From Candidatus Xenobia bacterium (GTDB taxonomy: Bacteria; Vulcanimicrobiota; Xenobia; Xenobiales; QWHO01): DNA of 64,000 nucleotides. Position numbers and translations under genes: made by a program. The notes under the pieces were generated by a model. It was not told where the DNA came from. It made no database searches and saw only the letters and a list, made by a program, of their open reading frames with translations. The DNA is taken from positions 32,001 to 96,000 of the forward strand of contig BTUM01000018.1 in the NCBI GenBank assembly GCA_045863235.1, read 5' to 3'. Position 1 is the stretch's first letter. Every line of letters begins with the position of its first letter. Below, piece after piece: positions 1 through 7,457 of the stretch.

Positions 1-145
1 TGGCAGGTTGGGTGCGCGGGGGTGGTGGCACAGGCTCGGGCTCGGGCTCCATGGCTCGGGCCAGCAGGGCGGCCGAGACCGCGGCCCCGCCCGCGAAGAG
101 CAGGTCGGCCAGGAACTGGCGGCGCTTTCGGGTCGGCTCGCTCAT
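1..145 (-). CDS. Twin-arginine-leader, Pro-rich small protein (third paralog; runs off the window edge)
   Basis: Not in the ORF track. Manual translation from the ATG at 145 gives MSEPTRKRRQFLADLLFAGGAAVSAALLARAMEPEPEPVPPPPRTQPA... It overlaps the upstream stop as ATGA (142-145) and shares its leader with the two upstream ORFs. Confidence 0.85.
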   Translation of the reverse strand, partial: MSEPTRKRRQFLADLLFAGGAAVSAALLARAMEPEPEPVPPPPRTQPA

Positions 146-420
146 TGCGGAGGAGCCACCACCTGTGGCTGGGGAGCCATCACCTGGCCCGGGACCAGCG
201 GACGAGCGCCGCCGTCGACGTTCGGCTCGACCGGCTCGCAGGTGCTGACCGGCGTGGGCGTGGGCGTGTTGACGGGCGCCACCTTGCCCATGACCTTAGG
301 CTCGGGCTCAGGAGGGGTGTTGCCCAGGTAGCGGGCTGCCAGGGCGGCCGCGCCCAGGGCCCCGCCCGCGAACAGGGCGTCGGCCAGAAATTGGCGTCGT
401 TTCAGTTTGTCGCCACTCAT
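142..420 (-). CDS. Twin-arginine-leader, Pro-rich small protein; putative radical SAM substrate (92 aa)
   Basis: Leader MSGDKLKRRQFLADALFAGGALGAAALAA, then Pro-rich repeats PKVMGKVAP, PNVDGGARP, PLVPGQVMAP. Start and stop overlap the neighbouring genes on both sides. Confidence 0.85.
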   Translation of the reverse strand: MSGDKLKRRQFLADALFAGGALGAAALAARYLGNTPPEPEPKVMGKVAPVNTPTPTPVSTCEPVEPNVDGGARPLVPGQVMAPQPQVVAPPQ

Positions 421-704
421 CGGGCTTTCACCTCGCCTTCCACGACCGGGGATGGGCTCTGGACGGGCCTCATCTCCCCCAGGGCCGGGGGAGCAACATC
501 GCCCTTGACCCGGGGCGCCTCCACCTCGCCCCGCATGCGCGGGGGCTCGGGCGATGGGGTGGACGACGGACTGGGCGGCGGTGTCGGGGGCGGATCCTTC
601 TGGGCCATGGCCCAGCGGCTCACCAGCCCGGCACCGGCCATGGCCGTGCCGGCGAACAGCATGTCGGCGATGAAGCGGCGGCGCTTGAGGCGATCTTCCG
701 ACAT
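417..704 (-). CDS. Twin-arginine-leader, Pro-rich small protein; putative radical SAM substrate (95 aa)
   Basis: 3' part of track ORF 417..1328. The ATG at 704 overlaps the rSAM stop (TGATG). Leader MSEDRLKRRRFIADMLFAGTAMAGAGLVSRWAMA, then PRMRGEVEA, PRVKGDVAP, PALGEMRP, PVVEGEVKA. Confidence 0.85.
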   Translation of the reverse strand: MSEDRLKRRRFIADMLFAGTAMAGAGLVSRWAMAQKDPPPTPPPSPSSTPSPEPPRMRGEVEAPRVKGDVAPPALGEMRPVQSPSPVVEGEVKAR

Positions 705-1735
705 CAGGCGGCCACCATCTGCAGCTCTTCGAGATACTGCCGGGCGGCTTCCACCGAGTCGCCGATCAGCTCGGCGAAGAAGCGGTGTACGCTCAACTGC
801 TGCTGGATGTCGCCCGGCATCAGCGACACGCAGGCGCAGGGGCCGCTGGTGCCGCACGAGGACATCTTCTCGGCCGAGCAGCTGGTCACCGCCTGCACCC
901 GATCGAGCAGCGGGCCGGTGTCCACCGTGCCTACCTGCACATCCACCCTGGTATCGGTGCCCACCAGGCGCGAGCAGGGGTAGAGCTTGCCCCGCGGCGA
1001 GACGGCCACGTCTTTGACCCCGAAGCTGCAGTGAGAGGTACGCGGCGCGCGCGGGTGCTGATCGGCAAACGGCGAGACGTGGTAGGGCTCGGGGGTGGCC
1101 ATGGAGAGGAAGACCACCCGGGCCATGTCGTGATAGACCCGGCGGGCCGTCTCGCGGGCGGCCTCGTCCCAGGCGGCCTCCATGTTGGGCAGCAGCGAGA
1201 CGCGCGAGACGCCCAGGCGGTACATCTGCTCCAGGGCGGCCGGAACCCCGCCGATGGTCTCGGGGTTGAGTACCATCAGCACGTGCAGGCGCTCGAGCGC
1301 TTCGGTGGCCGCCTCCAGGTTGCGCCACACCAGCTCGGAGGAGCTGCGCCCGTTGACGAAGGGGCGATGGCGGTCGTGGTCGGCCCCCATCCCGTCGATG
1401 CTGAGGGCCACCCAGAAGCCGTAATGGCGCAGGAAGTCGAGCTGCTTTTTGGTGAGGATGGTGGCGTTGGTGGTCAACGACAGCTCCAGGCGCCGGCCCT
1501 GGCGCTCTGCAAGGCGCGTGGCCAGGCGGGTCAGCCGGCTCATGGTCTTGAACTGCAGCATCGGCTCCCCGCCAAAGAACGAGACCCCCACGGTCTCCTC
1601 ACGCGGCCCGTGGAAGGCCATCTTGAGAGCCTTCCAGCCCAACTCCACCGGCATCGAGCGGTTGAACTTGTCGCCTGTGTAGCAGTAGCTGCAGGCCAGG
1701 TTGCACTGATGGGTCAGAACCAGCGAGACGCGCAC
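704..1735 (-). CDS. Radical SAM protein, SPASM/Twitch-type (anSME-like subgroup)
   Basis: CxxxCxxC (CNLACSYC), FFGGEP and LSIDG motifs. Auxiliary-cluster motif CSFG-x8-RGKLYPC plus further C-terminal Cys residues. GAGGGG RBS before the GTG start. Confidence 0.93.
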   Translation of the reverse strand: MRVSLVLTHQCNLACSYCYTGDKFNRSMPVELGWKALKMAFHGPREETVGVSFFGGEPMLQFKTMSRLTRLATRLAERQGRRLELSLTTNATILTKKQLDFLRHYGFWVALSIDGMGADHDRHRPFVNGRSSSELVWRNLEAATEALERLHVLMVLNPETIGGVPAALEQMYRLGVSRVSLLPNMEAAWDEAARETARRVYHDMARVVFLSMATPEPYHVSPFADQHPRAPRTSHCSFGVKDVAVSPRGKLYPCSRLVGTDTRVDVQVGTVDTGPLLDRVQAVTSCSAEKMSSCGTSGPCACVSLMPGDIQQQLSVHRFFAELIGDSVEAARQYLEELQMVAA

Positions 1736-1830
1736 GGGCTACCCCCTCGGGCGAAATGAGCTTTGCTTGCATGGTAGCAAACTCTCCCGGAATCTTCCCG
1801 GGCAACCGTCAAAAGGCCTGCGCTGGCTCG

Positions 1831-3255
1831 TCAGAGCAGGGGCACGAAAAGCCGGGCGACCCTGGTCCCCAGACGCGTGGCCAGGTTCAATCGCGTCAGC
1901 AGGTCGATGGAGAGCTTGCGAGCCACCGCAAAGTCGCTCGCGAGCATCGCTTCCATCTTCAGGGCGAAGGCCTGGTCAGCCACGATCAGGTTGCCCTCGA
2001 AGTTGAGGAACAAGGACCGGCTGTCCAGGTTCGAGCTGCCCACCCACGAGAGCCAGTCGTCCACCAGCATCACCTTGGAGTGGTTGTAATGGGGATACTC
2101 GTAGAACTGGATTCGGGTGTCACGAAGCTCGGGGATCAGGGCCAGCGCGGCCAGACGCATGGCGGGCTCGAAGCGAGCGGGGGGAAGAAGGATGCGCACC
2201 TCCACTCCCCGCAGATCGGCCATCTTCAAAGCTTTCAGGAGGGAAGAGTCGGGCAAGAAGTAGGGAGAGGCCAGCCACAGGCGGTGCCGGGCAGCGTTGA
2301 TGGACTCGAGGTAGGACATCACTCCAACCTGCATCGTATCGGCGGGCCCGCTGCTGAGGTAGGTGCAGGCCTGGTTTCCCCCGGCGGCCGGATGAGGCGT
2401 CCAGTCGACCGTGGGCAGCTCGCCCCGCGAGGCCCAGTAGAAGTCCTCGCAGAAGGCCAGCTGCACCCCCATCACGGCCGGCCCCTCGAGCACGGCATGA
2501 GTATCGCGCCAGGGGCCGAAGCGAGGGTCGCGGCCCAGGTGCCTGTCAGCGATGTTCATGCCTCCCACCAGGGCGACCCGCCCGTCCACCACGATGATCT
2601 TGCGATGGTTGCAGAAGTTCCACTGAAAGCTGTGACGCAGGCCTCGGGCGGCCCGGAAGGCCCTGGCATGGATGCCGGCTGCGCGCATCTCGTTGAGGAA
2701 GGCGCCTCGAATGGTGGGGCTGCCCAGCTCATCATAGACGAAGTAGACGCGCACTCCCTGGCGGGCCTTCTCGATCAGGTGTCGTTGCAGCGCCCGCCCG
2801 GAGTCGTCGTTGTGGACCTTGTAGAACAAGACCAGCACGTATTCCGTGGCCCGCTCGATCTCTTCGTGCATGCGAGCGTAGTGAGCCGGGCCGTCGATGA
2901 GTAGCTCCAGCTTGCACGAGTGGGTGAAAGGCGTGCGAGCGAGCTTCTCGAGCACCCGCAAGTTGGGGTCGTGGTAGCACCAGCGCGAAAGACCCTCCAG
3001 GATTTCGCGAATCGGCTGCGTCGAGCCTTGCCAGGCACTGGCTCTCAGCGGGTTGACGTAGCCTTCGAAGTGGGTGCTGCCGAAGACCAGGTAGAAGGGA
3101 AGCACCACGGCCGGGAAGGCCAGCAGGCTCAAAGACCAGGCCAGGGCTCCCTGGGGGGTGCTGGATTTCAAGATTGCATGCCCGGCGGCCAGCAGGCCCA
3201 GAAAGTGAAGGGTGGAGAGGACGATGAGCAAGGCTTCTCCCATGACGATGACCAT
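1831..3255 (-). CDS. cls: Cardiolipin synthase (phospholipase D family)
   Basis: Two HKD motifs (NHRKIIVVDG, NHSKVMLVDD), two N-terminal TM segments, and WRDTH, SPYFLP and GSSNLDSRS motifs. Confidence 0.92.
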   Translation of the reverse strand: MVIVMGEALLIVLSTLHFLGLLAAGHAILKSSTPQGALAWSLSLLAFPAVVLPFYLVFGSTHFEGYVNPLRASAWQGSTQPIREILEGLSRWCYHDPNLRVLEKLARTPFTHSCKLELLIDGPAHYARMHEEIERATEYVLVLFYKVHNDDSGRALQRHLIEKARQGVRVYFVYDELGSPTIRGAFLNEMRAAGIHARAFRAARGLRHSFQWNFCNHRKIIVVDGRVALVGGMNIADRHLGRDPRFGPWRDTHAVLEGPAVMGVQLAFCEDFYWASRGELPTVDWTPHPAAGGNQACTYLSSGPADTMQVGVMSYLESINAARHRLWLASPYFLPDSSLLKALKMADLRGVEVRILLPPARFEPAMRLAALALIPELRDTRIQFYEYPHYNHSKVMLVDDWLSWVGSSNLDSRSLFLNFEGNLIVADQAFALKMEAMLASDFAVARKLSIDLLTRLNLATRLGTRVARLFVPLL

Positions 3256-3336
3256 AGCGGTCTTTCCGCGGCCTGGGAATGACTCAGATCAATCCCGGGC
3301 AGGAGCGATCAGGCCGGCGGGACGAATCCGTCCCAG

Positions 3337-4305
3337 GTGCTGAGCCGACGCTGCTTTCTGGCCGGTCTGGTGGCGCTGGCCGCGGTCCCGGCCCGGGCCC
3401 GTCAGGCTACGGTCAGCCGGGCCCAGCTGAGCGACCTGATCAATCGCTCGAGCCCCCTCGCCCGCCAGATCCTGAACGGTTACGCGGCCGCCCCCGAGAG
3501 CTTTGGGGACGGCCTGCGCATTTCCCGCCTCGATCTCTGGCCCCTGGTCGAGGGCAAGCCGATGAACGACCTGGTGCAATGCGCCAACATCCTGGTCCAC
3601 GAGACATGTCATCTCTTTGCGCGCACTCAGGCCTTCGAGATGGATCGGCGGGCCCTGAGCGAGCCCGCCAGCCTGGTTGTTTTCCCAGAGCCGGGCAAGC
3701 GACTGTTCGTGCTCGGAGGGCCCAGCTTTCCGGCCCGTCAGGCGGTGAGCGCCTGCCCCGACTACCTGCGGGCCACTTTCCGCTTCAGCACCTACTTTGA
3801 CAGCTCCAACTCCCAACACGTCTGCCAGAAGGACGGCCTTTACGGCCTGCTCGACGAGATGAGCGCCTATTACTGCGGCAGCCGGGCGGCGGTCGAGCTG
3901 CTGACCTTCTTGAGCCAGAAACCGAAGCAGTATGCCGGCCTTTGGGCCGGGCTGCTGGCCGGTCCCGACGGTACCATGGCCGCCCAGCAAGAGTTCCGCG
4001 GCTACGTGCTGGCCTATCTCACCTGGGCTCGCGAGCACGAGAGCGAGGTGTTTCGCTCGCTGATGGCCAATCGCGGTCTGTGGCAGGCTTACGCGGCCAT
4101 CCAGAAGGCTTTCGCTGGCCTGGTGGAAGATTGGTATCATCGTCTGCCGGCACTGGCTCGGCAGGTGGGGGCCGAAGTGGCCCACGGGGCCATCCTGGTG
4201 CAGGGGCGGGGCTTGCGCCTGCAACAGGAGGGCTACCTCGAGCTCAAGTCCCGGTTGGACAAGGACCGCGAGCTGGGTGCCATGGAAGCTCGTTTGAAAG
4301 TATAA
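3337..4305 (+). CDS. Tat-signal hypothetical protein with HExxH motif (possible zincin)
   Basis: SRRCFLAG twin-arginine signal with an AxA site. ILVHETCH, plus a downstream DEMSAY as a possible third ligand. Confidence 0.65.
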   Translation: MLSRRCFLAGLVALAAVPARARQATVSRAQLSDLINRSSPLARQILNGYAAAPESFGDGLRISRLDLWPLVEGKPMNDLVQCANILVHETCHLFARTQAFEMDRRALSEPASLVVFPEPGKRLFVLGGPSFPARQAVSACPDYLRATFRFSTYFDSSNSQHVCQKDGLYGLLDEMSAYYCGSRAAVELLTFLSQKPKQYAGLWAGLLAGPDGTMAAQQEFRGYVLAYLTWAREHESEVFRSLMANRGLWQAYAAIQKAFAGLVEDWYHRLPALARQVGAEVAHGAILVQGRGLRLQQEGYLELKSRLDKDRELGAMEARLKV

Positions 4306-4329
4306 ACCTTCCAGGAGCGAGGAGGCGTC

Positions 4330-4686
4330 ATGGATCTCACCCCCGAGGATCGGATCAAGGTTTCTCAGGCCATCGCCAGCTGCTGGGCCATGCCCGAGTT
4401 CAAGGAACGCTTTCTGAGCGCTCCCCGCGAGGTGCTCGCCGAGCTTGGGGTGCAGATTCCTCCCGAGGTCGAGGTGCGCGTGGTCGCCGACACGCCCGAG
4501 GCGGTCTACGTCATTTTGCCTCGTCCCGATCTGCCCCAGTTCCTGGCCGCCGTGCTGCCCGGCGCCATCGGCCGCGAGCTGCGACTGGTGCAAAACGACG
4601 CGCGCCATCTGTACCTGCCGCTGCCCATGCCACCCTCGGGGTTGGTCAGCGCCATGCAGACCGGACTGGAGGGCATCGAGCCTTAG
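4330..4686 (+). CDS. NHLP-leader/nitrile hydratase alpha-like small protein without an evident core peptide
   Basis: WAMPEFKERFLSAPREVLAELGVQIPPEVEVRVVADTPEAVYVILP matches the NHLP leader pattern. Strong GGAGG RBS. No terminal double-Gly motif. Confidence 0.75.
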   Translation: MDLTPEDRIKVSQAIASCWAMPEFKERFLSAPREVLAELGVQIPPEVEVRVVADTPEAVYVILPRPDLPQFLAAVLPGAIGRELRLVQNDARHLYLPLPMPPSGLVSAMQTGLEGIEP

Positions 4687-4765
4687 GTCCTGGGCTGAGG
4701 GGCCTGCAAGTGGCATAAACGGGATAGAAGACCCGGCGAGAGCTGGGTGACGAATCCTGAGACGG

Positions 4766-7447
4766 TCAGGGTCTGGCGAGGAGGTACACCTTGCCGTCCG
4801 CGGCGGTGACGAGCGAGAAATTACCTCGCATCATGCGGCCACCGAGCCAGTTGAAGGGTCCCTCTGGATCGGGGTTTCCGGTACGTCGGGTCGATGCCAC
4901 CACCGTATCCAGAGCCGTGGGTGCCCCACTGCGCGAGAACAGGACCGGCCCGCCGGCGTTGGCTCCCGCAACCTCGCCCTGGTCATTGATGGCCAGCCCG
5001 CTGCCGTTGCCCAGCGATCTGCCATCCACGGTGATCCGACCGTTGTCGGTCGCCAGGATCTGTCCTTCGTTATTCAGATCGATAGAGAACGGAGGCCCCG
5101 GAGTCGACAGGTTGCCGGGCGGGGGCGGCACCGGGATCGGAATCTTGAGCTCGGTCAGCGGATCGACATTGTAGAGGTTTTCGAGTACCGAAGGCTCCCT
5201 TCTGTGATCCTGAACATATGGGGTAATCACGGGTTTGAGCACGCCGCTGCTCAAATCCAGGCTGAAGTTCAAACCCACGATTCGACTGATCAAGCGGAGT
5301 GTAACCTTCACAGGAGTCTTGTCAAAGAGGCCCTTGTAGTTCGTGACCTCTAATGTGTCGCCCGGCTGAGCAGTGTCCGGCCGCGACCCGTTCCCGATCA
5401 GGAGCAGGTCGTCGTTGAGACCCGCGAGGGTGAAGCTCGCGGAGCCAAGCTTGCTTGGGATGCCGACTGCTTGGGTCGGCGCAAAACCCTGGTCCAGAAG
5501 GTCTTTGGTATCGGCTTGAACCGCCACGGCGACCCAGGCATCAAGCCCCTCCTGGAAAGTCCCGACCGCGTATGACCCCACACCCTGGGAACCCTCGACA
5601 CGGTCAGTCAAGAACAGGGGAATGAAGCTCGTTAGGCTCGCGCCCTTCGGAGGAGTGACTTCGAGTCTCTGCCCCTCGGAGGAGACATAGAAGACCTTCT
5701 TGGATGATTCGTCTTTGTACAAGACATCATCGTCACTGTTCAAAGCGGCAGCCTGGGACCCGGTAGACGCGATCTGCACCGGGTCTGCGCCAAAGGGTTT
5801 GAGGAAAAGGCCACTCTGGGTGGAGTCACCCGAAGCCGCGTTGTAGAGCACCGTGCCAGCGTCGTTCACGCCCAGGTATTGCACGCCCGGAGGATTAGGA
5901 AGTTCGTAGAGGCCCGGTGGAAGGACTCGAAATGTGATCAGAATGCTGCGACGGTCCACCATGAATTCATAGGTGGCTTCAGATTCGACTGGAGCTCCCT
6001 CCGGAGCAATAAACTCAACTGCCAGATCGGGCAAGTATTCTTTGACGTCATCCTTGGTGCCGGGAGTAGGCCTGAAAAAGGGCGGGTCAAAATGATGTAT
6101 CTCCTGGATGCCAAAGAAGCTCGTCAAGTATTTACCCGCGGTTCTTCCTGGCGGCGTAGGGACGTTAAGACGACCCCCGATCTCATTCCTGATTTCCTTG
6201 ATCTTTGTAATCCCAAAAGCACCGTTATTGTGCAGGACAAATCGCGCACGCCGGGAGAACCCTACCACCACCACGCTCGGTCGACGGGGAGAAGCCTTCA
6301 CGACTTTGTCTCCGGGCAATAGACAGGCGAGGTCACCCATGTTGATCATCGAGCAATTTCGGCCCTTATGATTCTGGTAGCATGAAAGGTCGGCAAATTT
6401 CAAAGTCGGATCGTCTTGCTTATCCGCCCGCAACCTGGTCAAGACGTCCTCGGCATTCTCAACCACGTTGTCGCCGGAACCCTCGGGGAAGAGCAACGCT
6501 GGCAGCACGAGCACGAGCGAGCGACGCAGAAGCTCGTACTCAAGGTCAGAGGCAAAGTTTTCGTTGAGACACGCGTTGACTTTGATGAACTGATCGCAAG
6601 TACTGAAGAAATACTTGACTTCGGCAGGAACGTCATCTCGGAACCTGGCTATCCCGTCATCAATGACGCAGTTCTGAACTGCCTCTGCAGGGGTGGCCGC
6701 CGCGTAAGGAACCTTCGGATCCGCGTAGGTCCCCAACCTCCCGGCGACCAGTTGGCGACGCTTGTTAAACGATAGAAGGGGAGGGAGCAGATCCGCCTCA
6801 GATGGAGGATCGAGTGTAGGGCCAATGGCGGCCGCTTGAATCGGGTCGGTCGTCCGAGGCTGGAGCCGGCCGCAAAATTCATCGATGTCACCGAAGCTCA
6901 TCCCACAGGGTCCATTGAAAATGAGCGGAACAATGACGGGATGGCCTCGGTCTCTGGCGATGCCCAGTTGCTCCACGGTGAACTCAAACGCTAAGCCAGG
7001 CTCAGAGGGGTGATAGAAGAAGCCGACGCTAGCGTCCGCTGGCTCCTGAAAGGCGAATGCACCATCCGCGTCCACCAGCACCTGCTGACTGCCCAACTCG
7101 GCTGTCCAACCGGCGGCAGGGGAGAGCGGCCAGATCACCATCTCTCCCTCCCCCAAAACCTGAAGATCACCCGACTCGATCTCGGCTTTCCCCTGGAGCA
7201 CTGCGGCACGTTCGCGTTCTGGAACCGCCATGACGGCAAGGGTTGCAACTCTCCCGGAGAAGGCCGGCGTGGTAGGGACTTGCGGTTGAGGGTTGACCTC
7301 ACCCCCGCCAGCCCCGACTGTGGTGGAACCCGATCCGCCGCAACCGCCAGCGACAGGAGCCAGAAGCAGGAGAACCAGGCCGAGCATCACTGCCCAATGC
7401 GTTGGGCCGACAACCGGTGGTCGGGAAACCGCTCGAGGGATTTTCAT
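4766..7447 (-). CDS. Large putative lipoprotein of unknown function
   Basis: Hydrophobic signal ending in VAGG-C followed by a GGSGS linker. Cys-rich middle region. C-terminal INDQGEVAG/LNNEGQI-type beta repeats. Confidence 0.7.
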   Translation of the reverse strand: MKIPRAVSRPPVVGPTHWAVMLGLVLLLLAPVAGGCGGSGSTTVGAGGGEVNPQPQVPTTPAFSGRVATLAVMAVPERERAAVLQGKAEIESGDLQVLGEGEMVIWPLSPAAGWTAELGSQQVLVDADGAFAFQEPADASVGFFYHPSEPGLAFEFTVEQLGIARDRGHPVIVPLIFNGPCGMSFGDIDEFCGRLQPRTTDPIQAAAIGPTLDPPSEADLLPPLLSFNKRRQLVAGRLGTYADPKVPYAAATPAEAVQNCVIDDGIARFRDDVPAEVKYFFSTCDQFIKVNACLNENFASDLEYELLRRSLVLVLPALLFPEGSGDNVVENAEDVLTRLRADKQDDPTLKFADLSCYQNHKGRNCSMINMGDLACLLPGDKVVKASPRRPSVVVVGFSRRARFVLHNNGAFGITKIKEIRNEIGGRLNVPTPPGRTAGKYLTSFFGIQEIHHFDPPFFRPTPGTKDDVKEYLPDLAVEFIAPEGAPVESEATYEFMVDRRSILITFRVLPPGLYELPNPPGVQYLGVNDAGTVLYNAASGDSTQSGLFLKPFGADPVQIASTGSQAAALNSDDDVLYKDESSKKVFYVSSEGQRLEVTPPKGASLTSFIPLFLTDRVEGSQGVGSYAVGTFQEGLDAWVAVAVQADTKDLLDQGFAPTQAVGIPSKLGSASFTLAGLNDDLLLIGNGSRPDTAQPGDTLEVTNYKGLFDKTPVKVTLRLISRIVGLNFSLDLSSGVLKPVITPYVQDHRREPSVLENLYNVDPLTELKIPIPVPPPPGNLSTPGPPFSIDLNNEGQILATDNGRITVDGRSLGNGSGLAINDQGEVAGANAGGPVLFSRSGAPTALDTVVASTRRTGNPDPEGPFNWLGGRMMRGNFSLVTAADGKVYLLARP

Positions 7448-7457
7448 CTTACGCTCC

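Noticed and set aside
705..1328. N-terminal 208 aa of track ORF 417..1328
   Set aside because: It is an alternative frame inside the rSAM gene. The real gene starts at ATG 704, matching its paralogs.
704..1735. Anaerobic sulfatase maturase or PqqE assignment
   Set aside because: No sulfatase or pqq genes are in the window and the coupled genes are short peptides. The family-level similarity does not justify a gene symbol.
4330..4686. Functional nitrile hydratase alpha subunit
   Set aside because: It lacks the CxxCSC metal-binding motif and has no beta subunit nearby.
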